Assembly: GCA_951406725.2 (NCBI GenBank)
Contig: OX597825.1
Span: forward strand, 13,764,001 to 13,828,000
Direction of reading: 5' to 3'
DNA length: 64,000 nucleotides
DNA from: Octopus vulgaris
Lineage: Eukaryota
Below are positions 26,211 to 40,263 of the stretch, piece after piece. Below the pieces are notes generated by a model. It was not told where the DNA came from, did not search any database, and saw only the letters and a program-made list of their open reading frames with translations. The stretch's first letter is position 1. Every line of letters begins with the position of its first letter. Made by a program: the position numbers and the translations under genes.

Positions 26211-26785
26211 CTTGAATTTCTTTTTATGCAAAGCTCTCAACTTGGCTAACTATGTTAAGTCTAAGATCAGTGAAATTTAAGATCAATACCAAATTGTAAC
26301 CGAGATACACTTGTGATGTTTTGTTTCATTTTATTTATATGTTTTTGATCTCATTCAGGTCATTTGCTAAATAAAACCTCAATGCTATAAAAATGATCAG
26401 ATTACCAATTCTTTTGATTGATATCGTCAATACGGTGGCATGTTTGGTATTTTAGTATTTAGAATTTGTAAATATTTCCTGGAAAGTGAAATCATCCCCA
26501 ACATAATTATTTAAGTGATTTGTAACAGCTGGCAAAGTTTGCTTGTGATGGCGTATTCTGGCTCTTTGAGATGTTTCTCAAAGATGGAGGAAGAATTAAT
26601 TATTAGTCGTAAGAATTCCATGTTTGTTATGTAAAGTTACTCGTTATATACATACTTTATAAACCAAATTGTATATATATATATATATATATGTATGTAT
26701 ATGTATGTATATGTATGTATATATATGTATATATCTATATTTATATATGTGTATATAAATATGTGTATATAAATATGTGTATAGA

Positions 26786-26838
<53 letters not shown>

Positions 26839-27074
26839 CTTCGCTACCGTCACTTGACAACTGATGTTGGTGTGTTTACATCTCTGTAAGTTAGCCGTTT
26901 GGCAAAACAGACTGATAGAATAAGTACTAGGCTTACAATAAATAAGTCCTGGGGTCGATTTCTTTGACTAGAATCCTTTGGTACGGTTCTCTAGTATGGC
27001 CACAGTCAAATGACCTAAACAAGTGAAAGAATATAACAAAAGAAAAATAAGGTTGCTTAACCCTTTTTAAAAAG

Positions 27075-27325
27075 CTGAGAGCTTGCCTGGTATGGTCATG
27101 TAGTATCCTGCCACAACTCCCTGTCGAAAACCATATTTCAGAACACGGTTGAGGGAGGGCAAAGGAGAGACAGACAGAGAGCATCCTAGTTTGACGACAT
27201 CAAGGACTGGCCAGGTTACACACAACACTACAAACTTGCGACACATGACAGAGAAAACCATCTCGAGTAGCACTTCAGCGACTGGCCACATCATTTAAAG
27301 GGCCTTCAAGACGATGATGATGACG
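27075..27325 (+). mobile_element. RTE-like LINE C-terminal fragment, second family
   Basis: ELAWYGHVVSCHNSLSKTIFQNTVEGGQRRDRQRAS*FDDIKDWPG, ending in gacgatgatgatgac. Confidence 0.8.
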
Positions 27326-28583
27326 GTCGCTTTAAGAAGATGTGTGACACGTGTGTAAAGTGCTTTTGTTGTTCTACTTTGAGAGACAATATCACCGTTC
27401 AGAAGCACCGTTATTCCTGTCCGTTTATTATCCATTGAATAACAAACAACTTATGACAGCTGACTTAGATTGATATTGTCACTTGTCAATAAGCATTGAA
27501 GAAATGAATTCTGTGAGTTGGTCCTCTGTTTTTTTAATTTTGTCAAGTCTAAAATATGACACAGATTCTATGAGGTTATTTGCTATCAAATTTGACAATT
27601 CACTGAAAGTTATAACATTGTTAAGGAAACCTCTCAAGTGTCCATCACATTTTGCTTCATATGGTTCAGATTTTATGTGTTACTAGTTGCATTCATTGGA
27701 ACGTGGCCATGCTGGAGCACCTCCTTCAAGTGTTTTTCGTTGAATAGAGTACTTCTACTTCTTGTACTTTCACTTTTGGTTTTGGTAATAATTTTATCGG
27801 TCTTTTTATGCTGAACTACTAAGTTACAAGGATGTAATGAAAGGAATATTGGTGATTGGGAAATAATAGACGCAGGTCTGAAGACACACACACACATGCA
27901 CACACACATGTACACACACACATGCACACACATGCATGTACACACACAGATGTACACACACACATGCACACACACACACAGGCACACACATACATACATG
28001 CACACACGCATGCACACACACATGTACACACACACATGTACACACACACACATCCTTGCACACACACACAGAGAAACACACACGTATGTCTGTGTGAAGG
28101 TGCATGGCCAAATGGTTAAGTCATTCAGCTCATGATTGTAAGGCTGTGAGTTCAATACCAAGTAGTGTGTTGTGTCTTTGAGCAAGACACTTTATTTCAT
28201 GTTGCTCCAGCCCACACTGCTTGCAAAAATGAGTTGTACCTGTATTTGGAAGGGCCAGCCTTGTCTCACTCTGTGTCACACTGAATCTCTCCAAGAACTA
28301 CATTAAGAGTACACATGTCTGTGGAGTGCTCAGCCACTTGCACGTTAATTTCACGAGCAGGCTATTCCATTGTTGAAATCAACTGGAACACTTGGCATAA
28401 CCAATGAAGTGCCAGTGTACATATAGGCATAGGAGCAGCTGTGTGGTAAGTAGCTTGCTTATGAACCACATGGTTCTTGGTTCAATCTGATATGGCAGTG
28501 TTTCTACAGCTGGATACCCATCCTAATGCCAACCACTCCGAGAGAGTAGCGGGTGCTTTTTACATGCCACCGATACAGAAGCC

Positions 28584-28962
<379 letters not shown>

Positions 28963-29748
28963 TTTAACATTTTACGTCACCTTCCTGTGTTTGCAGAAAG
29001 TATTTATATGCAAATGCGTTGACTGAAATATTTCTATGCATATTCTATATATTGGGCAGGTTCTTACATATGCCATTCATTTACAAATGCTTATATATCA
29101 GCAGAAACACATATAAATATACACCCAGACATGCATTCTTCTTTCTTTCTTTCACTCTCTCTCTCAGTTTTTTTTGTTTTTTTTATATATATTTCTAGTT
29201 CGTTCTCTCTCTCTCTCATCTGCATATAAAATTCTAAAGTATGTAATTTTTATTCTTGCTGAAAAAAATCAGTATCTAACTGCAAAGAATTAATCAATGT
29301 GGATAAAAAAAAAAATCTACAGCTGGCTTAATAGAAATAGCTCTCTCCCACGGCCCTTCTCCATTAAAAAACTGGTATTATGTGTGTATGGACATGTGTG
29401 TGTATGTGTGTCTGTGTGTGTGTGTGCATTAAAATTCCCTCCAAAAGAAATAAATACAACAGCAGTATCATCAATAATATTGATCTGGGGTTTGTAAACA
29501 GAGATCAATAGAGGATGGAAAAATTATTTGATTTTAATACAAACTAAAATGAATTTTTATGCTTTGCTTGATGCAAACACAGGAAGAAAAAAATAGATTT
29601 TCATCAAAGCATTTAGGATTTTTGAAAGAGATAAGGGCAAAAAAAAAAAAAGAAATAGGATGCAAATTTTATTTTTCTAAGTATGATGAAGGCAGATTGT
29701 GATTTTGGCAAGATTTCTAAAATAATGGCAGCATATATATACATATTC

Positions 29749-29807
<59 letters not shown>

Positions 29808-29818
29808 TACATATTCAT

Positions 29819-29865
<47 letters not shown>

Positions 29866-30064
29866 CACTCACACACATCTACACATATATATATATATAC
29901 ATACACTCACACACATCTACACACATATATATATGCATACATATGCAGACATGTATTCACGATTTCTTTTATTTTGTTATTTCTGATTAATGCAAGGTAT
30001 TATTATATATTTCTAGAAAATTGTGATGTTTGTCTTCAGAATTTGGTAATGTTATCTTATTATT

Positions 30065-30432
30065 GATAGTTGTCGATGCCATGCACTGTGAGATTCCATA
30101 AAGGTGATACGCAAGGGGTTAGCGAGGCAGTCACTCCTTTTGCAAAGCTTACAACACACCTGATGTGTCACGGACCAGTTGGGACAGAAGGGTCGTCTAG
30201 TTGGATGTAGAAGGCAACAGATGTTGCTTGAAGGTGGTTTGGGACCAAGAGGTGCAAGCCCCACATGGAGCAAAGCTAGCAAAAGTTGTGTGAATTTGAT
30301 CTAAGCCTGGGCTTGATCAGCCCTCTCTGGGTCACTTGGGTGAGGGTTCCTGATATTGAAAAGCCTGAAACACCTAATGACCAAAGGAAACATCACTGAG
30401 GATGTGTTCAGGTGCATCACAAGATGATGTAC
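30065..30432 (+). mobile_element. Hero (R2-superfamily) non-LTR retrotransposon 3' fragment
   Basis: Frameshifted IKV.RKGLARQSL..CKAYNT ... *RWFGTKR resembles the Hero IEVGCRGFAGQSLCKAY..RWLWIKR end. The 3' UTR tgatcagccc..ctgggtcac.tgggtgaggg..ctgat.ttgaaa..cctgaaacacc.aatgacc...acatcactga.gatgtgt matches my recollection of Hero UTRs; not verified by search. Confidence 0.55.
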
Positions 30433-30554
30433 AGAAAAGAAAAACTTTATATTAATATTTGGCTTCCCTGATTAAAGTACAGCCATGGGTTTGTCATCAT
30501 CATCATTGCCATTGCCATCATCATCATCATCGTCACCATCACCAGCATCATTAT

Positions 30555-31130
30555 CATTGTTTAATGTCCATCTTCCATGCATGCATAGGTAGGACAGTTG
30601 ACAGGAGCCAGCTAGGTAGAAGACTTCCCCAGGTTATTACTGTCTGTTTTGGCAGGGTTTTTATGGCTGGATGCCCTTCATAACACCAACCACCCCACAG
30701 AGTGGACTCAGTGATTTTTTATGTGGCACTAGCACAGGTATTGTTAGTTTGGCATGATTTTTACAGCTGAATGCCACATTCAGATGGCGCTTTTTACATG
30801 TCACCAGCATGGGAGCCAGTCAAGCAGTCCTGGCGATGATCACATTTAGATAGTGATTTTTACATGCCACCAACACAGGCGTCAGTCAGCCGGACCTGCC
30901 ATTGGCCATATCAGATGATGCATTTTACATACCACCGGAAGAGGAGCTAGTCAAGGGGCACTGGCCACAGCTATGATTTTGGTTTTACTTGACTCAACAG
31001 GTCTTCTCAAGCATCATTAAATAGGTCAGACATGCAACACTGGCATCTCCCATGGCTGCGATCTCACTTCAATTGCTGGGTCTTCTCAAACACAGCGTAT
31101 CTCCAAAGGTCTCAGTCTCCTGTCATTGCA
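30555..31130 (-). mobile_element. RTE 3' UTR fragment, same family
   Basis: Reverse complement of the 32.7-33.2 kb UTR, with a (CAT)n tail on its left. Similar pieces at about 49200-49770 (-), 44625-44945 (-), 1330-1565 (+), 23613-23797 (+), 32190-32385 (+), 3265-3480 (-) and 1-78 (+). Confidence 0.75.
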
Positions 31131-32023
31131 TCTAAAGCTTAAATTGATTGCATATCATACTTCTGCTTCTGTACAAGCATTTCATTGGATGCTTACACAT
31201 AAAGATGAACATATTTATTTCTTTATTGCACACAGGGGGCTAAACATAGAGGGGACAAACAAGGACAGACAATGGGATTAAGTTGATTACATTGACTCCA
31301 ATGGTACTTATTTAATTGACTCTGAAAGGGTTTTTTCTACTCTAAGCACAAGGCCCGACATTTTTGGGAAGGGAGCCAGTTGATTAGATCATCCCCAGTA
31401 TGCAACTGGTACCTAATTCATCAACCCCGAAAGAATGAAAGGCAAAGTCGAACTTGAACTCAGAACATAAATACAAACGAAATACTGCAAAGCATTTCGC
31501 CCGGCATGCTAATGTTTCTGCCAGCTCACCGCCTTAAAGGATGACCCTGAAAGGATGAAAGATGAAGTCGACCTCGGTGGAGTTTGAACTCAGAATAAAA
31601 TACCGGTAGACAAAATACCGCTGAGAATTTCACCCGGCATGCTAACGATTCTGCCAGCTTGCTACCTTTAGAGATGAACATATTGCAAACATTAGAACAC
31701 TAGGCCCCTATGTGCTTCCATACCTATTTGCAAAGTTCAGGAAGAACAGTTTTGCTCTGTTCGTAAGTTAGTAATCCACACCCCTACCCTTGAATGCTAT
31801 ACTTATTTATCCAGCACTGCAGTCACTACTAGTATGTAGGTTAATTTAAAGGTCTCTATTTTTGAAGAGGCAGGAGCAGTCATAATCAGCCCATCTGTTC
31901 CACCTTGAAGGATTACCTATACATTGTATTTGCTTCTTCTTTCTTTTCCTTTATGAACATGTGCACATGTATACACGTTGCCATGTCTGTATGTGTGTAC
32001 ACACACATCCAGTGAGGTGCATA

Positions 32024-32055
<32 letters not shown>

Positions 32056-32097
32056 ATGTGTGTGTGTGTGTGTTATTATATATATATATATATGTAT

Positions 32098-32140
<43 letters not shown>

Positions 32141-32149
32141 GTATATGTG

Positions 32150-32188
<39 letters not shown>

Positions 32189-32383
32189 TCGTCTGGCACC
32201 TATGTCGGTGGCACATAAAATCACCCACTACACTCTCGGAGTGGTTGGCGCTAGGAAGGGCATCCAGCTGTAGAAACACTGCCATATCTGACTGGCCTGG
32301 TGCAGCCTTCGGGCTTGCCAGACACCAGTTGAACCGTCCAACCCATGCTAGCATGGAAAGCGGACGTTAAACGATGATGATGA

Positions 32384-32424
<41 letters not shown>

Positions 32425-32467
32425 CATATGTGTGTGTGTATGTATATATATATATGTATGTATGTAT

Positions 32468-33240
32468 ATGGACATAAGAAGCATCGGATGTGGCATGCAA
32501 AAGAGATGTTTGCGCTGGTATGGTCATGTACTACGGATGGATGAGGAGAGATGTGTGAAGAAGTGCTACTCCCAAACAGTTGAAGGAATCTGGGGTAGAG
32601 GAAGACCCAGGAAGACATGGGATGAGGTGGTCAAGCTTGACCGTTAAACGTTGGGCCTCACAGAGGCAATTATGAAAGACCTAGACCTCTGGAGATATGC
32701 TGTGACCGTGAAGACCTGACAAATAAAGTGAGTTCACGGCTGTAACCTACACCAGTTTTCCACAACCAGCCCCAGTTCATTCAAAAGTACCTTGGATCAT
32801 TGGGCAACCTGCTGTGCTTACCTTGGATTGTAGGGTGACCTGCTGTGCTTAAGGAGACTTATTGTGTCAAGTACATCAACATCAAAATAAAAATCAAATG
32901 GAAATTATAGTTGTGACACCCGTGCCGGTGGCACATAAAAAGCACCTTCCGAACATGGGCGATGCCAGTGCTGCATTGACTGGCTTCTATGCCAGTGGCA
33001 TGTAAAAAGAACCAGCCGATCAATGGCCGTTGCCAGCCTCCTCAGGCCTCTGTACCGGTGGCATGTAAAAAGCACCCACTACACTCACAGAGTTGTTGGC
33101 ATTAGGAAGGGCATCCAGCTGTAGAAACACTGCCAGATCAGACTGGAGCCTGGTGCAGCCTTCTGGCTTCCCAGACCCCAGTTGAACCGTCCAATCCAAG
33201 CTAGCATAGAAAAGGGACATTAAACGATGATGATGATGAT
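32468..33240 (+). mobile_element. RTE-clade LINE 3' fragment: ORF C-terminus, 3' UTR and (GAT)n tail
   Basis: RCLRWYGHVLRMDEERCVKKC....VEG..GRGRPRKTWDEVV..D followed by a long UTR ending ggacattaaacgatgatgatgat. Confidence 0.9.
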
Positions 33241-33386
33241 GCATATATATATATATATCATCATCATCATCATCATCATGTTTAACGTCCGCTTTCCATG
33301 CTAGCATGGGAGGCTGCACCAGGCCAGTCAGATGTGGCAGTGTTTCTCAGCTGGATGCCTCCTACGCAACCACTCCGAGAGTGTAG

Positions 33387-33417
<31 letters not shown>

Positions 33418-34810
33418 TTTTATTGTTTATGTGCTTCAGTCAGGTGGCTGTGGTCATGTTGGAGCACCCTAGGCACAAGGCTTAGATTTGCCCATGTGGT
33501 TTGGAACCAAACTTCTTACCACACAGCCATGCCTGTACTTATATGTGTGTGTGTGTGTTTTTAATTATATGCTTTTGCACCTTTGTTTACGACAAGAAAC
33601 CATATATTTTAAATCCGTTGTTTGTAAAGAGATTGCTTTAGAAGTAGTTTTATTTAAATTTTCATTGACATAACTCTGGTTTTTAGATGGCGAATAACTC
33701 ATTTTTTTTATATGTTATTTATGTGTTTATTATTTTTGTCTGTTTTTTATTTTGTTTGTTTCCTCTCTGATTTTTCTGTTTTCATACATCAACTTTTTCT
33801 TTAGGAAACATAAAATAATGACTGTAAAAATACATAACATCGCCTGATAGAAAAGATGTAAAGAAAAACACATAGAAATGCAATGAAAATAATTGAAAAA
33901 AAAAAGGACAATTATTTCATTGTCATCGTTTATAATTTTAAAAAAAACAGACATTGATTTTTGTAAAGCATTTGTGTTTTTATTATACCTTTTGATACTT
34001 CCTTGTCACTGAAGCTTCTCAAGGAAATAATCCATATGTTATCACCGAACCTTATAAAGTTTATTCTTACCAATGAAATTTCAAGAAATAATCTGAAAGT
34101 TGAATTAAAAAAGCAACAACAAAACGATAAACTAGAACCGCGATAGAGAAAAATATACAGGAAGCTTTATCTGATAAGAAACACTTTGGAAATAATTACA
34201 GGAAGTATAGCAGCTACATGGAGTTTATTTAGCTAATGCATTACTTTTAACTGTGCCAAAATCAATATTAACAAAACGTGAATCTTGGAAGTAAGAATTA
34301 AAAAAAGAGGAAAATGTGCCACGGGGTAATGAGAGAGTTGGTAGTTGGTAGCAGATGGTAAGGAATGGTAGGTAGATAGGTCGGTAGAGTAGACTTTGGA
34401 ACATGTTGTGTTATATTGTAACATCGAAATAAAGTAGGTGAATATGAAATGAATGTCGTATTCATATCGTAAAATAATTCGGCAATATTGAAATAAAGTT
34501 GTTGTATAGTCTGTATTGGATTTATTTCAAAGGATAAAGCGTATAACATAATCAGCGCGTGTTTTCAATGATTCGATTATAAATAAATTCAGGTGAAAAA
34601 AATCTTCTTGTTCATTGTATGGATATACCTGAAGCAGAAATGATATCAGGTCGAGGGGGAAAAACAAAAAGAAAAATAATTTTAAATAAAGAAAAAAAAA
34701 TCAAACTGACAAAAGGTGTGCGTTTGTGTTTATGTACTGTATATATTGAAGAAAATATTTACTTATTATTGTGTGTGTGTGTTGTGTGTGTATGTATGTA
34801 GATGCATATA

Positions 34811-34843
<33 letters not shown>

Positions 34844-34887
34844 GTATATATATATACACACACACACACACATATATAAATATATAT

Positions 34888-34962
<75 letters not shown>

Positions 34963-35617
34963 AGATAAATAAATAGACAGATAGATAGATAGATAGATAA
35001 ATAGCCAGATAATAGATAGATAGATAGCCAGATAATAGATAGATAGATAGATTGGTTGATAGGTAAATAGGATTTATATGCTATCAGCAAAACCCTAATC
35101 AATTTTTGAAATATTATTATAGATGTATTTATGATAGCACTTTCTTCCAATATTCAATTGCGTAGACTCTTTCATAATTCAGATCACTCCAAATATGATA
35201 ATTCCTTTTGATTCATAAAAATATTTATATCAAAGTATGCCTCCATATATATGTGTGTGTGTGTGTGTATGAATATTTCTCAATTTTTATTAACAGGTTT
35301 GCATAGTAATTTGAGAGAGAGAGCTGAACGTTTACCTGGATATGTGAAAAAAATAGCTGCCTATATTTACTATGTAAAATTTTTATAAGATCTTAAATAT
35401 TATATTAACTATTAATTAACGAAGTTTGTATGCATGCATATGAATGTGTGCGTATGTGTGTGTGTGTGTGTTTGCTTTGTTTTACTGTCAAAAAAATCTA
35501 TGCGGTGTTAATTTAGAATTAACTAAATACAAAATTTAACGTTAGAGCTCTGCTTAGCACATTCATGCATAAATATCTCCTTAATACAGTTCTATATTCA
35601 ATAGATGAGGAATTATG

Positions 35618-35776
35618 TACATTATTTACATTATTTATATTTGACGGATGTTTGTCTTCATCTTGTTTGTTGTTAACACAACGTTTCGGCTGATATACCC
35701 TCCAGCCTTTATCAGGTGTCTTGGGGAAATTTCGAACCTGGGTTCTCATTCCTAAGGTATTTTTCGATGTTGTTGC

Positions 35777-35826
<50 letters not shown>

Positions 35827-35890
35827 TCACTGCCTGGAATCGAACTTGGAATTTTGGGGTTAGTAGCCCGTGCTCTTAACCACTACGTCC
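35618..35890 (-). mobile_element. HH-A SINE copy 2; hammerhead at 35676-35719 with CUGAUAA core mutation
   Basis: Same head, linker and tail as copy 1. Minus strand ACAC CUGAUAA A GGCUG..CAGCC GAAA CG UU GUGU. Confidence 0.8.
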
Positions 35891-35893
35891 ACA

Positions 35894-35991
35894 GGCATAT
35901 GGTGTAGTGGTTAAGAGTGTGGCTACTAACCTCAAGATTCTGAGTTCGACTCCAGGCAGGCAGTAACCTGAATAATGATAATAATTATAAT

Positions 35992-36025
<34 letters not shown>

Positions 36026-36231
36026 TCAACAACAACAACAACAAGATCAACAACAACAACAACAACAATAATGGTAATAATAATAACATTGAAAAATACC
36101 TTAGGCATGAGAACCCAGCTTCGAAATTTCCCCAAGACACCTGATGAAGGCTGGAAGAGTATATCAGCTGAAACGTGTTTACAACAAACAAGACGAGGAC
36201 AACTATCCGTCAAATGTAAATAATGTAAATA
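35894..36231 (+). mobile_element. HH-A SINE copy 3; hammerhead at 36137-36180 with a short deletion at the cleavage site
   Basis: A-box tggtgtagtgg 35900-35910, B-box gagttcgactcc 35942-35953, (AAT)n(AAC)n linker, ACAC CTGATGA A GGCTG..CAGCT GAAA CG TGTTT, tail aatgtaaataatgtaaat. Confidence 0.8.
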
Positions 36232-36821
36232 TCTCCTTGTATTTTAGCTTTCCTTAATACACTCAGAAGGGCATGCACATCCATAAATACACATACACAC
36301 ACATACACACACACAGATGCACACATACATCATTTAATGTACATTGTATTAAAATAATACCAACTAATAATCTCTCACCATTGAAACTCATGGTCAAGCA
36401 AATTGTTATATATATTCTGCCAGTCTTATGTCCAGACTGACCAGATCAAGCCTCTCACACCTACCCGACAATATCATTCTAGAAACAAACAATGACACCA
36501 TTGGAATCTTGAAGCTATGAGATAATACATGATTAATTCTAAACAATGTGAATAGGTAAGAATTACATTTGACAGGGTAATCATCGTCATCATCATCGTC
36601 GTCGTCATCACCGTCATCATTTAATGCCTGCTTTCCGCTGGAACTGGTAAGCCAGAGAGCCGCCCCAGGTTCCTGTCTGATTTAGCATGGTCTTTATGAC
36701 TGGATGCCGTTCCTAACGCCGACCTCTCCAAGAGAGTGTAATGGGTGCTTTTTACATGATGCCAGCATGGGATATGAATGTTTAATGGTTAAATGTATGA
36801 ATTCTCTTTGATCTTTATGGA

Positions 36822-36868
36822 GAATGTTTCTGATGAAAGACTTCAGAATCTGAAGACATCAAACATTC
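36822..36868 (+). ncRNA. Degenerate minimal hammerhead ribozyme
   Basis: GAAUGUUU CUGAUGA A AGA cuucagaa UCU GAAGAC AUC AAACAUUC. A perfect 8-bp stem I brackets the core; GAAA is disrupted by an extra G. Confidence 0.5.
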
Positions 36869-39800
36869 GGAAAAGATAAATGTTTTCCATACCTTTTTTT
36901 TTCAAGTCAAAACAACGCAAGTGATAAGAAATAATACACTTTGATGACTTGTTCTTTCATCTTGCGTTTTAGCATTTTGCTGTTAAAATTCTTCAGGAAA
37001 TTTTTAAAGATATGGTGCTTTGAGCTGACTTACTTGTTGTGTGTTGTGCGTACACTCATGACAGACCAGGTGAAGTCAGTTCACAATTCTACATCCTGGC
37101 CTTGAGGTGTTGAAATACAAGGTAAACGTACTCACCGTCACCTTGAGTTATTTCTTATAATTTATATTGTTTTGGCAGTGAAAAGAAAAAGCAAAAAAAC
37201 AAAAAAAAATCTGTGTAACAGCTAGATACTTTATTTCTTTATTGCCCACAAGGGGCTAAACACAGAGGGGACAAACAAAGACAGACAAAGGGATTAAGTC
37301 GATTTGATCGACCCCAGTGCGTATCTGGTACTTATTTAATCGACTCCGAAAGGATGAAAGGCAAAGTCAACCCCGGCGGAATTTGAACTCAGAACATAGC
37401 GGCAGACGAAATACTGCTAAGCATTTTGCCTGGTGTGCTAACGTTTGTGCCAGCTCGCCACCTTAACAGCTAGATACTTGTTTGTTGTTGTTGTTTGTTC
37501 CTTCTCAAGCCATGCCTGGCTCATAAGGGCCGGTTTCCCGGTTTCCTTGGCATATAGGTTCCCCACCTGGACGGGTCACCGGTCTGTCACAGGTGAGCTG
37601 CAAGATGCAGGAGGAAAGAGTGAGAGAAAGTTGTGGTGAAAGAGTCAGCAGAAGTTCGCCATTACCTTCTGCCGGAGCCATGTGGAGCTTAGGTGTCTGA
37701 GAAAATTTGGTTTAAATGTTTGGCAACTCAGCACCATCCACTGGACAGGGGTGGGCTTTTTTGCTTGTCGGAAATAGCCAACAGCAAATGTCATTATGTT
37801 TGACAATAAATATCAAATTAAATATTTGTGTGTTTTTTCTTTAGTCATTATCACAGCCAATAACGACATCCACATGTTAATTATGTAACGTTAACGAAGC
37901 CATTCAGTTTGGTAATGACAAAGTTTAATTCTGATCCTCATTGACCTGATCAACTCAAGCAACAAACCCCTCATAACATCTGTATCAGCCAATGCTTCAA
38001 GCAAACTACACAACTTTGAAAAGAGTCGATATCATAGTTTAAGAATTAATTAACATAAATTAATAACACGCTTAGCATAATCTATGATATACTCGGCAAT
38101 TTATCTTTATAGGTTACCATACTACTGTTATAGCACAACTTTCTGTTGTCTTCTGTTGATGATACAATTAGACTGCATCACCTTATTTTTAACTTAATTG
38201 TAACGAATGTGCTGAAAGATCAGAGAGAGAAAAAATAATGATAGATTACATTAAAACACAAACACACACACACACATGCAAATGCGCACGTACGCATACA
38301 CACACAGAGAAACAGTAGACAAGTAGTGGAAAAAAAATTAGGAATGGTGTAAAAGAAAAATATTAAAGAAATAATTGAATGTGTTAAATTAGTGACACAT
38401 GTCAAAGACAGAAAAATAACTGACAATTCTATTAACATAGACACACATTAAGTATTAAATAAATATATTTTCTCAGCAAATGACAGGAAAAGGAACTGAA
38501 GAATTTCTGTGAAGACTGCGAATGTTTTTACTGATGCACAAGCATGGCTGTGTGGTTAAGAAGCTTACTTTCTAACCATGGAGTCGTATGTTCGATCCCA
38601 CTGTGTGTCACCTTGGGCAAGTGTCTTCTGATATAGTCCCCAAAGCCTTATGATTGAATTTGGTAAACAGTAGACAGAAAGTGTCCACATACTATGAATC
38701 CATAAACATCTTCCTACTTTACAAGAATGAAGGGCAAGATAAAAGGAATTCCCAGTTGGACATAACATATATAATGCATTCCCATCATCAGCTGCCCAAT
38801 CAGATATCATTATGGTTTCAACACCTGGGCAAAACCACTCATTGATCTTCATATACTAATAACTGCTTGGTACATTTATGTTTAGCTTTCTATAATAGCA
38901 TAATTTGTGGCTGAGGAGTAGTTGTGCATTTCTGAGATTGTATTTTATTGCTTCATGGTCTCCTTGTTGTCAATCATTACTTGTTTTACAAATAAAGTAT
39001 TTTTCAATCCACTACTCTGAGAGCATGGGGGTTAAAAGCACTAATGCTTATTATGAAGAAACAGAGATGACAACTTTCATGCAAACAGGTGTGCATGCAC
39101 GCACACACACACACACACACACACTCACTCAGATATATGTTCACATACACACACATATATGCTCTCACATACAAGCACATTCATTTTCAGTTGTTAAAAA
39201 CATTGTGAAGTCGTGCACAATTTGCCTCAAAATAAATATGGTACTGAAAATTTCTGTTGGCGCGATCTTGCCTTGGTGCTCTAAACAGGTGCTTATTTTG
39301 GATAATGATTAATCCAACCCTGCACAATATTTATTTATTTATTTATTTATTTACTTACTTGTTTCGGTCATTTGACTGCAGCCATGCTGGAGCACCACCT
39401 TTTGTCAAACAAATTGACCCCAGGACTTATTCTTTGTAATCCTTGTACTTATTCTATCGGCCTCTTTTGCCAAACTGCTTTGTTATGGGGACATAAACAC
39501 ACCAACATCGATTGTCAAGTGATGGTGGGGGGACAAACACAGACACACACACACATATATAATGGGCTTCTTTCAGTTTCCATCTACCGAATCCACTCGC
39601 AAGGCTTTGGTCAGCCTGAGGCTTTAGTGGAAGACACTTTCCCAAGGTGCCACATAGTAGAACTGAACCCGGAACCATGTGGTTGGGAAGTAAGCTTCTT
39701 ACCACACAACCACGCTGTGCCTATACTCATAGCCACGCTGCACCTATATAAAAGCTTTCTAACCATGGCCATCTCTTTTTATTTGTTTTTTATTTTATTT

Positions 39801-39949
39801 TATATTTTGTACATCAAACACTGCTTTATTTAGTAGGTCCTTCATATTTTAATTTGGTGGAATGTCATTTGATGGGCATTCAGCTACTTTTTTCTTGCAG
39901 GTCAAATGACCACACGAATACCCTCTTGTTAACTCCTGTTCCTTTTTCT

Positions 39950-40177
39950 TTAACCCCTTATCATTTAAGCTAGCCATATCTGACCAAAATATTCTGCTAA
40001 CTGTATGTTCAAAGTGACCAGCTCTGGCCCCTCACACTTACCCTACAATGCCATTGTAAAAATAAGCCATCACATCATCAAGATCTTACAGCTACAAGAT
40101 AATGCATTATTAATTGAAAACAATATGCATAAATAAACATTACATTTGACAGAATTATCTGAATGCTAAATAATTAA
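39950..40177. mobile_element. piggyBac-type MITE, second family, about 90 bp upstream of the first Ig exon
   Basis: ttaacccctt start and aatgctaaataattaa end; homologous to 24405-24630. Confidence 0.7.
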
Positions 40178-40263
40178 ACTTAATTTTTTTTGGTAATATT
40201 GATTGATTGAAGGAATGAGACTTTATATGTCTAATGTGTTTCCTTGTTTTGTCTCTTTTGTAG

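Noticed and set aside
35894-35960. tRNA gene
   Set aside because: A/B boxes are present, but there is no acceptor stem and the sequence continues into a SINE body. The same applies to the other SINE heads.
36997-37121. Candidate exon ttcttcag..aag|gtaaac upstream of the Ig exon
   Set aside because: Stop codons in all frames near the donor, including the required phase; could only be non-coding and is unsupported.
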